Below, one piece after another: positions 49,959 to 59,893 of a stretch of DNA of 64,000 bases; position 1 is the stretch's first letter; each line of letters opens with the position of its first letter. The notes below the pieces were generated by a model, which worked only from the letters and a program-made list of their open reading frames with translations, made no database searches and had not been told where the DNA came from. This DNA comes from Basidiobolus meristosporus CBS 931.73 (taxonomy: Eukaryota > Fungi > Basidiobolomycota): positions 107,031 to 171,030 of the forward strand of contig MCFE01000104.1 in NCBI GenBank assembly GCA_002104905.1. Reading direction: 5' to 3'. Made by a program: the position numbers and the translations under genes.

Positions 49959-50477
49959 ATGCGTTGGCAATCAGTCACCACCATCCTCGCTAATCTATAT
50001 TTAGTGGTTGGGAAACCAATTTCAGTCGGAGATTATAAGGTTAATCGCCTTACTGCCATAGACAACGCTGACAGTTTCTGCCTATTCCTTCCACCAGAGC
50101 CTGGCCTAACAATAGGCGAGCATGAAGATGACGCAGTAGTCTTTTGCACCAAATCGAATGCCGCTGCACCAAAGGCCAACCTTCTTCCCCAGGGATTCAT
50201 TCGGAGTGCTCATTTTAGTCAAACCAATTCGTACGTGCAAGTGACGGGGAAAATGAACCCCAGTGCGTATCAGCTATCCACTGGTGATGGTGGAGGTCAG
50301 TTTGATAACAGAGGTGCTCCTCCAAACTCTGGGTGCAACAACTATACCTACTTTGTCAGTTTAATCGAGCCAGACATAGGTACATATTGCATTCGCTGCT
50401 GTAACGAGAAAGATGACTGCAATATGGGACTTAGTACAGCGGGATGTGCTGCAGTGATTCCCGGAGATTATTCCTGA
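49959..50477 (+). CDS. Secreted Cys-rich protein, paralogue 3 (172 aa)
   Basis: Same motifs; ATG at 49959 chosen by alignment to the paralogues; TATAAAA near 49916. Confidence 0.88.
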   Translation: MRWQSVTTILANLYLVVGKPISVGDYKVNRLTAIDNADSFCLFLPPEPGLTIGEHEDDAVVFCTKSNAAAPKANLLPQGFIRSAHFSQTNSYVQVTGKMNPSAYQLSTGDGGGQFDNRGAPPNSGCNNYTYFVSLIEPDIGTYCIRCCNEKDDCNMGLSTAGCAAVIPGDYS

Positions 50478-51246
50478 GATTGCTTACAATAGTGTGAAAC
50501 ACTGCAATTAATTCAACACCACTATATTCAATAAATCTATGCTATTTTATACACTGGAAACGATGTTATTATGTCCTAAAGAAATACGTTGAGTTGATAG
50601 ACCAACCATCGATAACGCTTTAACAATATTCCAAGCATTCAAAGGGCGTAAGTTTTCATCTTCAAGCGTTGTGTCATCACACGGGGGCATTATCCGCCAG
50701 ATTGTGAGCATGTTGGAAGTGAGTCAACAACCACGAACGTGACAAAAAATGGCTAAGCTGCGCTCAAGGTGTAATATAAATATGATCGCCGAAATACTTT
50801 TTACTACACTACGATACAATGTGGAGGGCAAAGATCAGTTTGATGTTCAAGAATGGAATTGTGCATTGTTGTATATTGATTGATAATATCAAGGAATAGT
50901 ATTTATTGATATAGTAATAGGAGGTGTGGAAAACATGGGCTTCTGAATGACTAGGAAAGCCTCTTGACTGAGAAAATTCCATACAAAACTCATCAATGAT
51001 GATTTATAAATACTCAGACTGACTATCGTGAAAAGAAATAGGGTAATGTGAGGTGAGCTCGTTTGCCATCTCATGAATCTCGACCCAATATAGGATTTAT
51101 ACTGTTGAAATCTACATAGCAATTCTAGATATTCCCAATTGACCATAAAAAAGCTATACAAGTAAGCTACGAAGTCGAGCTTGATTTTTTTTAGGTATAT
51201 ACAAAGCATGAAGTCCGTAACACGGTCAATATATTCCAAGGAAATA

Positions 51247-51312
51247 CCTATAATGTGCCTATAATGTGCCTATAATCTGCCTATAATGTGCCTATAATGT
51301 GCCTATAATGTG
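51247..51312. repeat. 11-bp minisatellite (CCTATAATGTG)x6
   Basis: Six units, one with a G>C change. Confidence 0.92.
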
Positions 51313-52479
51313 AGGAAAGAGGATAGATAATTAATTTGGAAACATTTACATCATACCACATTCTTTGCATTAAATTAACAAGGTGCAACAATAATAAAGG
51401 AGAATGTGAAGAATGAGCCATCAGATTCAAACCTTTTACAATTTGGCTGGTGGAAGCACTGCTCAACCTTTGGCAGCCCTACCTGTCTGAGTAGATAAAT
51501 GCGTTACTGCAATCAGTTCATACTGAGCAAAAGCCCAACATCACAAAAATGATAAATAGGCGTGAATATTCATATACGTAATCCTATTCTTGGGATCAAT
51601 GGGTTTATATTGATGTAGTATAGTTCGAAATTGGAAATTTGATTATTGTTCTCAGATCAGCAAACGACTCGACCCGGGTTGCAATCCGGGTGAGCCTGGG
51701 TTGATTTAATCATTAGTGAGTAATGACTCCCATTTACATCATAAAGAAAACTAAATGTTATTTATAAAATAACAGGTAAAAGTTTCCTACTGAGAATTAA
51801 TGTTTTGGACGCCGATCTGACTGTAATTAAATTTGCCAGCTCTCTCTTCGGTATTATGGGATGGTAGTACTGAGCTATTTTGAGAACTCTTCTTTTGCGT
51901 CTGTTGATATTGTTGAATCTGATGAATAGCTTACAATATTCAAATACTCATGAGGTGAATATAGAATTACGGGTTATATATGCCTCGAACTATACTCTAT
52001 GAAATCTACTAATCCAGAGTATGAGGGAGAAGATACCTTATTTGTATATGAGTCTCTCTTGGTAGTACTATTCCCAAAGTCCTCTATACTATATGCTTGA
52101 CCAAGTGTTTAGTGATTGGTTGCTGAATAATACACAAGTATCTTGCAAGATCGACAATCATTCAAGATATTGTTTAATGTTTCTCCAATGTGAATTATAG
52201 GCACAAGATACCAGGATACCCTTTATCCTGAGGGCCTATTTAACTCTGTAACAGCTTGTCGTACAACAATCGAGAAACAGTGATCGATTCTTGAGGTAAG
52301 GGAGAAAGAAAGAGCTGCAAAATATATGAAGTACTTTGCTAATTTATACTGTCAACTACATTTTCGAGAGGTGCAGGTCTTGATGTCATTTGCCTAATTC
52401 GTGAAAGATCGACGAACGGTTCAAGATGGGTCTCTAACAGTCATGGTTTTATGATGGAGATCATCTGAACACAGACAAC

Positions 52480-52789
52480 TGTTATGAATCGAGGGCAAGC
52501 GGAGGAGGACCGGAGGATGTCCAATACGAATCAGAGAGGTTATCTGAATAGTTGATGAACCGGTAAAAGGTTGATGCTTTATTGATAGTGTTCAAAGGAG
52601 TTTATATAGAGATAGCCTCGGAGGGAGAGCTTCCGATAACGTAGGGCAAGCTTCCAAAAGGAGGGTTCAAGATGTATTAAATAACGTGTGTATCACTGAG
52701 TGCGATTGATCGTCTGTGTGGAATTCCAGGTGTTCGATCAGTAGTGTTCAAGTGATCGGTAGTGACTAGTTAGGATTTAAATCATAACA
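52480..52789 (-). repeat. 3' LTR
   Basis: TG..CA, 310 bp, adjacent to a purine-rich tract (minus strand AAGTGTGGGAGTA, 52790-52802). Confidence 0.97.
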
Positions 52790-52800
52790 TACTCCCACAC

Positions 52801-55800
52801 TTAAAGAGGTTCTTCTCCTGAAGAGTCCTGTCTATCGGACTTGTAATACCAGTATTTGGTTGGTGGTGTCATTGGGTTTTTTAGCTGTGCTTCCTTTAGT
52901 CGGTCTCTATGCACTAGGTCCTCCTTTACTTTACCTGACATGTCTGCGAGTTGAAATGTATTGAAGGGCATTTCTCTTGTGATAATAAAGGGTCCAACCC
53001 AATGTGGTTCTAGTTTTAGCCTACTTTCATTTCGGACTAATACAAGTTTTCCCAAAGTTAAGGGTTTTGTTACCACTGTTTTGTTGTACTGTTCTTTCAT
53101 CTTCTCTGCTTGTCGTTTTAAATTCTTGATGGCATCATGTCTTGCATGTCCTAATTCTTCCAGTTCCCTTGTTCTGAATTCTGCCAAGTCTTTTTGGTTC
53201 TTTAAGTCCCAGATGTATGGTGGTAAGGTATCACCTGGGATTCTTGGATGTGTACCATACACTAGGTAGAAGGGGGACTTTTGTGTTGCTGAATGGACTC
53301 TAATACGACAGGCAAAGAGTGCTTGATGTACAAATTCATCCCACTTATGTTTGGCTCCTTTGACATAAGTAGTCAGCATCTTCCCAAAGAGTCCATTGAA
53401 CCTCTCTGTGACCCCATTTGTTCTAGGGTGGTATGCTGATGTCTTCAAATGTCTAACCCCCATTATCTGAAGGTATTCTTTCAAGGTTTGTTCCAAAAAG
53501 TTTGCTCCTCTGTCAGACAGAATTTCACCTGGGCATCCAAACTGCATAAAGATTTCCAGGTAAAGGAATTTTGCAACATTTTTTGCAGTAGCTGCTGGCA
53601 TGGCTTTTGCTATACACCACTTAGTGGTATGGTCAATTGCAGTTATGATCCACTTGTTCCCTCTTGAAGTTTCAGGCAATATTCCAATGAAGTCAATTCC
53701 CCATCTGTAGAATGCTGGAACTGGAGTCAGTGGTTCTAATGGGGCATGTTCCTTGTTGTATGGTCTAGCCAGCTGGCACTCAGGGCAGGTCTTGAGGGTC
53801 TCAGCTATAAATTGTTTGAGTTTAGGCCACCAGGCTCTCCTTTTAGTTATTTCATAAGTTCCTTGGATGCCCAGATGTCCAAAGGCTTTATGATTCTTGA
53901 TTATCATGTCACCTCTGTATACAAATGGAATATATGGTACAGGCCCTATTTCTTCCATGTGTCTGTAAAGTACCTCGTCTTCACCATATGAGAAATTCTC
54001 TGCTTCTTTCTTAATCTTGACCCTTACTTCCTGTGATAAATCTTCTGGCATTGTCTGACTTGCCAAGTACTCTGGCATGTATTCTGGCCAGTCCAACTCA
54101 TGATCTACCATTGATATATGTTGCCTTGAGAGTGCATCAGCAACTGTATTCTTTGGCCCAGGGAGGTAGTGGATTTTAAAATCAAATTGTTGTAGTTCTT
54201 TATCTGAGATTATGTGACCAAGGTATTCAACTGATCTGGTGAGGAATTCACACTTAGGAAGTTGTGCATATAGCTTGTGCTTTTTTAGTATAGCCAGTAC
54301 TGTCTTCAAGTGCTTCATGTGGTCATCCATGCTGGTACTATAGATCAGAATGTCATCTAAGTAGACCAGGACAAATTTCTCTAAATATGGTTCCAGGATG
54401 CTATTCATGAGTGTCTGAAATGTTGCTGGGGCATTAGTCAGGCCAAAGCTCATCACAACAAACTCATAATGACCATATCTTGTGTTGAATGCTGTCTTAG
54501 AGGTGTCTTCAGGCTTAATTCTGATTTGGTGATATCCAGATGCCAGGTCTATTTTAGAGAATATCTTTGCCTTCCCCAGTTGGTCAAAGAGGGCATCAAT
54601 TCTTGGTAATGGGTAGGAATTTCTGACAGTGATTGCATTTAGGGCCCTGTAGTCCACACAGAACCGTAGCTTCCCATCCTTCTTTGGAGCAAAGAGTACT
54701 GGAGCTCCCCATGGTGATTTACTGGGTTTTATCCAGCCTTTAGCCAGGTAGTCCTTCAATGTTTCCTTCAAAGTCTCCATTTCCTTTGGGGAGAACTTAT
54801 ATGGGGCTCTGTTTCTTGGTTTATCATCTGTTACTTCTATGGCATGGTCAATCTCTCTGCTTGGGGGTAGTGCAGGGATTTCCTTGGGAAAAACCTCTTG
54901 AAACTCTGCTAACAAGGTCTTGAGCCTGTCATTTGTCACTTCTGTGGTCTCTTGGATTTTGGCAAAGGCTATCATGTGCAACAGTTTGGGATTCTGTCTG
55001 ATAGAGTGGGCAAACTGTTTCTTTGATATGGTGTGTTCTGGTGCATTGCCTTTGTCCAGGGTTGGTTTGGGTGACAGATGATATTTTGCATCATCCTTGT
55101 TGATTACAACTTCCTGAGTCTGCCAGTTTATGTCAGGATTGTGCTTTCTTAGCCAAGTTTGTCCCACATTGATTTCAAAGTTGGCTTGGGGTATGATAAT
55201 TGGGGAAATGGTGTCTTGGAAGTCCCTGATTTGTAAAGTCAAGGGTTCAGTCCTGCTGTTCACTATAATTGATTCCTTGGTGGCACAGAGGATGTGAATT
55301 GGGGGGCAAGGGATTGTTTGTAGCTTCATCTGATCAGCTACATCTTTTGAAATGTAGACATCAGTTGCTCCACTGTCAATGAGTACAGAGACACATTGGT
55401 TGTTGTTGAGAATCCCTGGGAGTTTCAGCATCTTTGGGGTAGTATATAAGCTCTGAGTCCTCTGATACTCCTTAACAAGGCTGATTGTGTGCTCCTCCTC
55501 CTTAGTGGAGAGTTGGAATACTCTTTGTAATGGCCTCTTTGGGCATTCATTGACTTTATGACCCTGTTCCTTGCAGTAAAAGCATAGTCCAAGCTTGAAG
55601 CATTCCTCTTTAGAAGGTCTTGGTGTGCTCTGCATAACATCTAGGTCCATAGGCTCCAGTGTGTGGGGGTAGTGTGCACCTTGTTCAGTGATTGGTTGAC
55701 TACCAATAGGTATGTGGTTATTGGCTTTGAGGCCTGTAGTAGTTCTTGAGTGACCAATTCTGTGGTTGACAGCCCTTCTGAAGTGTATGGCATCATATCT

Positions 55801-56613
55801 TTCTGCCAGTTCCATAGCCTCTACTAGGGTTTTGGGGTCTTTGTATTCAATTTCCCATCTAGTGTTGGATTTCAGGCCTCTTAGGTATTGCTCAAGTAGT
55901 TCAGTATCAGGCATGTTTTGAATTTCCATACTAAGCAAGTTAAACTGCTCATTGTACTCTTGAACAGACTTGGCTTGAAAGAGTTTGGACAGTTTTTCTC
56001 TTGCCATTCTATCAGCATTGATAGGTGTAAACCTCTTTCTCAATGCTTTAACAAAGTCAGCCCAGGAGGCTATGGGTGGAAAGATGCCCCTATTCATTCC
56101 TTGAATGTGAAGTTTCCACCACATGGTTGCTTCCTTTCTGAAAAGTGAACAGGCATAATGTACTTTGACTTCTTCAGAGTCATCTGAGAAGTATAGGTAC
56201 TGCTCTACTTCAAATATCCAAGTCTCTAGAGTGGCAGTGTGTCTTTTGCCTTCAAAGATGTTGGGTTTCTGAAGTTTCAGATTTGTTGCTCTATATTGTT
56301 TTGTGAAGTCCAGAGAGCCTTGCCCATCTTCTCCAAGATTCAAGGAATTGGGAGGCACCGCAGGTCTTACAGATGAGGCTTCACCCTCTCTCTGTATACC
56401 TTGACCAGTAAACCATGATCTCTGGGTGTTCACAAAATGTAAAGAGTCCAAGTCTGTCTGCCTACCCATTCTTGGGTCCAGACTAGGGAGGGCCGCAGGC
56501 TCAGTTGTGTGGGACTGTCCTTGACCGGCTAACTCAGCAACTTGTTGTTCAAGACTCTCAATATAGGCCAACATTTCTTCTGAAGAGCTAAATTTTGGCT
56601 TTTCTTCACTCAT
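52801..56613 (-). CDS. Gag-Pol polyprotein (gag, CCHC knuckle, protease, RT, integrase; RNase H missing)
   Basis: [71 protein letters not shown] is joined directly to [25 protein letters not shown]. Confidence 0.95.
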   Translation of the reverse strand: MSEEKPKFSSSEEMLAYIESLEQQVAELAGQGQSHTTEPAALPSLDPRMGRQTDLDSLHFVNTQRSWFTGQGIQREGEASSVRPAVPPNSLNLGEDGQGSLDFTKQYRATNLKLQKPNIFEGKRHTATLETWIFEVEQYLYFSDDSEEVKVHYACSLFRKEATMWWKLHIQGMNRGIFPPIASWADFVKALRKRFTPINADRMAREKLSKLFQAKSVQEYNEQFNLLSMEIQNMPDTELLEQYLRGLKSNTRWEIEYKDPKTLVEAMELAERYDAIHFRRAVNHRIGHSRTTTGLKANNHIPIGSQPITEQGAHYPHTLEPMDLDVMQSTPRPSKEECFKLGLCFYCKEQGHKVNECPKRPLQRVFQLSTKEEEHTISLVKEYQRTQSLYTTPKMLKLPGILNNNQCVSVLIDSGATDVYISKDVADQMKLQTIPCPPIHILCATKESIIVNSRTEPLTLQIRDFQDTISPIIIPQANFEINVGQTWLRKHNPDINWQTQEVVINKDDAKYHLSPKPTLDKGNAPEHTISKKQFAHSIRQNPKLLHMIAFAKIQETTEVTNDRLKTLLAEFQEVFPKEIPALPPSREIDHAIEVTDDKPRNRAPYKFSPKEMETLKETLKDYLAKGWIKPSKSPWGAPVLFAPKKDGKLRFCVDYRALNAITVRNSYPLPRIDALFDQLGKAKIFSKIDLASGYHQIRIKPEDTSKTAFNTRYGHYEFVVMSFGLTNAPATFQTLMNSILEPYLEKFVLVYLDDILIYSTSMDDHMKHLKTVLAILKKHKLYAQLPKCEFLTRSVEYLGHIISDKELQQFDFKIHYLPGPKNTVADALSRQHISMVDHELDWPEYMPEYLASQTMPEDLSQEVRVKIKKEAENFSYGEDEVLYRHMEEIGPVPYIPFVYRGDMIIKNHKAFGHLGIQGTYEITKRRAWWPKLKQFIAETLKTCPECQLARPYNKEHAPLEPLTPVPAFYRWGIDFIGILPETSRGNKWIITAIDHTTKWCIAKAMPAATAKNVAKFLYLEIFMQFGCPGEILSDRGANFLEQTLKEYLQIMGVRHLKTSAYHPRTNGVTERFNGLFGKMLTTYVKGAKHKWDEFVHQALFACRIRVHSATQKSPFYLVYGTHPRIPGDTLPPYIWDLKNQKDLAEFRTRELEELGHARHDAIKNLKRQAEKMKEQYNKTVVTKPLTLGKLVLVRNESRLKLEPHWVGPFIITREMPFNTFQLADMSGKVKEDLVHRDRLKEAQLKNPMTPPTKYWYYKSDRQDSSGEEPL

Positions 56614-56789
56614 TTTGTTTTTGGGTATTGTTTGATTTGCGGTAGGCGGGTGTGTTTACCAAGGGGGCTGGTTCTCTGGCAGAATTGACTGGGTACTGTT
56701 TTTTTTCTTTTTTTGAGTGAAACGGAGGGTTTCTCTGGGAGGTTGGGAGGGTCTCGGGCAGGTACGGAGGGTATCTCTGGACAATTGGA

Positions 56790-56965
56790 AGAATATCTGG
56801 GAGATCGGAAGAGTTTCTGGGAGATCGGAAGAGTTTCTGGGAGATCGGAAGAGTTTCTGAGAGATTGGAAAAGTTTCTGGGAGATCGGAAGAGTTTCTGA
56901 GAGATTGGAAAAGTTTCTGGGAGATCGGAAGAGTTTCTGAGAGATTGGAAAAGTTTCTGGGAGGT
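56790..56965. repeat. 20-bp tandem array in the retrotransposon 5' leader
   Basis: About 9 units of gggagatcggaagagtttct / gagagattggaaaagtttct, alternating in the distal part. Confidence 0.9.
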
Positions 56966-56998
56966 ACGGAGGTTTTTGTTTTTTGGAGATCGGAGGTT

Positions 56999-57009
56999 CG
57001 CTGCTACCA
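56999..57009 (-). other. Primer-binding site TGGTAGCAGCG (probably initiator tRNA-Met)
   Basis: Starts 1 nt inside the 5' LTR boundary with TGG; resembles the complement of eukaryotic tRNAi-Met 3' ends. Confidence 0.75.
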
Positions 57010-57010
57010 A

Positions 57011-57320
57011 TGTTATGAATCGAGGGCAAGCGGAGGAGGACCGGAGGATGTCCAATACGAATCAGAGAGGTTATCTGAATAGTTGATGAACCGGTAAAAG
57101 GTTGATGCTTTATTGATAGTGTTCAAAGGAGTTTATATAGAGATAGCCTCGGAGGGAGAGCTTCCGATAACGTAGGGCAAGCTTCCAAAAGGAGGGTTCA
57201 AGATGTATTAAATAACGTGTGTATCACTGAGTGCGATTGATCGTCTGTGTGGAATTCCAGGTGTTCGATCAGTAGTGTTCAAGTGATCGGTAGTGACTAG
57301 TTAGGATTTAAATCATAACA
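57011..57320 (-). repeat. 5' LTR
   Basis: Identical by eye to 52480-52789. Confidence 0.97.
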
Positions 57321-57332
57321 CAACTAAGAAAG

Positions 57333-57404
57333 GCCTGCTTAGCGCAGTGGTAGCGCGTCAGTCTCGTAAACTGAAGGTCGCCAGTTCAATCCTGGCAGTA
57401 GGCA
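57333..57404 (+). tRNA. tRNA-Thr(CGT), 72 nt, no intron
   Basis: Acceptor GCCTGCT/AGTAGGC, D arm GCGC/GCGC, anticodon arm TCAGT-CTCGTAA-ACTGA, T arm GCCAG-TTCAATC-CTGGC, followed by a TTTT terminator. Confidence 0.97.
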
Positions 57405-57454
57405 TAATTTTAAATCCGGTAATGATCAATTTGCTTTCAACAAATATACAGATT

Positions 57455-57493
57455 TCCCATAATTCTCTTTGCTTATGCATTTACACGTTATAA
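57455..57493 (+). promoter_or_regulatory. Putative U6 external promoter: TCCCATAAT (-63) plus TATAA (-29)
   Basis: TCCCA at 57455-57459 and TATAA at 57489-57493, relative to the U6 start at 57518. Confidence 0.6.
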
Positions 57494-57517
57494 GTGGTAA
57501 TTGGGGCCTTCTCGTAT

Positions 57518-57548
57518 GTCAAGTCTTTCGGGACCTCTGACACTTGAA

Positions 57549-57579
<31 letters not shown>

Positions 57580-57642
57580 GGCCCCTGCACAAGGATGACA
57601 CGTAAATCTTGAGTGGACGCCTCTTCGGAGGTCATTTTTTTT
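57518..57642 (+). ncRNA. U6: U6 snRNA (about 125 nt, extended 3' hairpin)
   Basis: 5' stem-loop, then TGGAACGATACAGAGAAGATTAGCATGGCCCCTGCACAAGGATGACAC (ACAGAGA box, AGC triad, ISL), ending in a T8 Pol III terminator. Confidence 0.96.
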
Positions 57643-58044
57643 GGACTCTATCGTTCGAGTAACCTGTGACAATGCGCAAAATCCGTTGGGTCGAATATAT
57701 CTTATTGAGGTATGCACTACTCATTTTATATAGCAGGATACGACACCAAAGAATATTTCTTGATTTTTTCATTGAATTTGGGCTACAGTTGAAAAAGTAG
57801 TACATACACGCTTTATTGGATAATTTAATATATCTAATCCTTTGCATATTATCCTTTTTCTAGACCATTTTTAAATTCTCATTTGAGAGTTTTGGTCATT
57901 CTATGTTCATCCAATGGACCGGGTTCAAAATGTATTATAATAATAAAAATTTATGGATTAAGCAATCGAAAAGTCAGTTTATTTCACAGGCTCAGGGAGC
58001 AAGTTGTTCAGCATTTGTTGACAGAAGTTATCTTTCAGATACAA

Positions 58045-58094
58045 TTAGGGCTTGGCTAGACCTTACTTTAAGTTGTACTTAGGGTACTTAGGGG
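58045..58094 (+). repeat. Degenerate telomeric repeats at the proximal edge of the retroelement array
   Basis: TTAGGG at 58045, 58079 and 58088, separated by non-repeat DNA. Confidence 0.7.
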
Positions 58095-59256
58095 AGTGAA
58101 AGTCACCAAGGTAGGTGAAATCTTTATTTGATTTCAAACAAGTCTAACTACAAATAAAGAAGCCAGCCGGGAATAGAAGATTCTCAAAGTAAACACTAAG
58201 TTGAATACAAATAAATCTAAGTTAAAGTTAAGGCAGTATCTCAGAGTACACTGGAGTTCAGGTTCATGGGGGAGTGAAGTAGATAAGCTTGAGAGATATA
58301 ATAATCTTTTAAGAAGTGGGTAACAGCAGATGAAGGGGAGTTTTTGATAAGCAAAGTAAATCTTGGGAGCAGAGATTCCTCTAATGAGAAGGTCTTGTAT
58401 GTTGTAAAAATTCGTATTTCCACCTAAATATTCACCTAACTTAGTCACTTAGATCATCACCTTCAAATCCTAGAGAATACTGACCAAATTCCTTGTCGGG
58501 ATTTACTTGAAATATTTTCACCAAAATACCAGGTGCCCAGAACATGAAAATTCTCAAAGTTGTCCAAACAGCCCCAAACTTTGCACACATGTTCTTGGGA
58601 CCTTCCTTAACCCATTCTACGTGTTTGTAATGCCAAGACCAGGTAAAAGTATAAATACTACTTTTACATTCAATAAATCATTAAGTGAAAACCACATAAT
58701 CTACTTGTTCTCCAAATCACTTCCAATATCTCCAAGACTTTTACAACATTGTAAACTGGAGAGTCAGGAAATTATTTAAAGGTATGGTCAGTAGGTTCCC
58801 AGAAAAACTGGTCAGAGACATTTTGAGAGAATTGTCTAGCAATACTTTTGTCAAGTCCTACCTCCAGAGTGTGATGGTTGATAAATCTCATGTTAACTAT
58901 CTTAGATAAACTGTAACCTTGTTGCTTGAGACACATTCTATGCTCAAATATTGGAATAAGCTCCACATTGGCAGAGTAGCAGACAGCCCAGTCAGTAGCA
59001 GGAGGCAAATCATAGGTGGCAGGAAATTTTCTTTTAGTCTTAGGAGGAGCAGCAGGACGTCTTGAGGAAGCAGGAACAGGCTTTTTGACAGCTTCAGAGT
59101 TGGAAGAGTGAGCAGGAGCATATGATTCTTGGGAAGTCTTGTTGACAGAAAGAGTTGGCACAGGGACAATAGATTCTTGCAGATCAGAGAAGGCAGAAAA
59201 CAGCTTTTGAACTTGTTTCTTGAGTAAAGCATTTTCAGCTTCAGTAAGTGCAAGCC
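58079..59256 (-). mobile_element. Telomeric array unit C: 5'-truncated ORF1-only non-LTR element, decayed, interrupted by a solo LTR
   Basis: ORF1-like frame LALTEAENALLKKQV..LPPATDWAVCY..WEPTDHTFK* resumes after the insert as YKTFSLEES..SSVL*DTA. It has the same 3' UTR as unit B. Confidence 0.85.
58400..58748 (+). mobile_element. Solo LTR (349 bp) of a second family, 5-bp TSD TTGTA
   Basis: TGTTGTAAAA...TTTTACAACA termini; TTGTA at 58395-58399 and 58749-58753; internal TATAAA and AATAAA. Removing it restores colinearity with unit B. Confidence 0.9.
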
Positions 59257-59827
59257 TTAGGGTAAGGGTTAGGGGAGGGAAAGTCACCAAGGTAGGTGAA
59301 ATCTTTATTTGATTGCAGACAAGTCTGACTACAAATAAAGAAGCCAGCTGGGAATAGAAGATTCCCAAAGTAAAAACTAAGTTGAATATGAATAAATCTA
59401 AGCTAAAGTTAAGGCAGTATCCCAGAGTACACTGGAGTTCAGGTTCATGGGGGAGTGAAGTAGATAAGCTTGAGAGATATAATAATCTTTGAGGAAGTGG
59501 GTAACAGCAGGTGAAGGGGAGTTTTTGATAAGTGAAGTGAATCTTGAGAGCAGAGATTCCTCTAATGAGAAGGTCTTATAAACTGGAGAATCAGGAAACT
59601 CTTTAAAGGCATGGTCAGTAGGTTCCCAGTAAAACTGGTCAGAGACATTTTGAGAGAACTCTTTAGCAATACTTTTGTCAAGTACCACCTCCAGAGTGTG
59701 ATTGTTGATAAATCTCATGTTAACAATCTTGGATAAATTGTAACCTTGCTGCTTGAGATACATCCTATGCTCAGATATAGGAATAAACTCCACATTGGCA
59801 AAGTAGCAGACAGCTCAGTCAGTAGCA
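59257..59827 (-). mobile_element. Telomeric array unit B: 5'-truncated ORF1-only non-LTR element
   Basis: ORF1 C-terminal homologue ending at TAG 59398-59400, then about 125 nt of UTR and TTAGGG-TAAGGG-TTAGGG (59257-59274). No RT sequence. Confidence 0.87.
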
Positions 59828-59893
59828 GGGTTAGGGGGGAGACAGTCACCAACTGGTGAAATCTTTATTTCAGTTGAAACAAAGAAGCCAGCG

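Larger units (their letters stand above)
52480..57320 (-). mobile_element. Ty3/gypsy LTR retrotransposon (4841 bp) with 4-bp TSD CAAC
   Basis: Two 310-bp LTRs that appear identical, TGTTATGA..TCATAACA termini, CAAC at 52476-52479 and 57321-57324, a PBS, a PPT and a gag-pol ORF in PR-RT-IN order. Confidence 0.97.

Noticed and set aside
50889-52440. AT-rich region with fragmentary ORFs before the LTR element
   Set aside because: No domain, terminal repeat or consistent exon chain could be identified.
56606-57055. ORFs of 149 and 139 aa with periodic sequence upstream of gag
   Set aside because: They are translations of the 20-bp leader tandem array and LTR; no protein features.
57645-57935. 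B-box-like strings downstream of U6 (GTTCGAGTA, GGTTCAAAA)
   Set aside because: Both miss consensus positions; the upstream element plus TATA is a better-supported promoter model.
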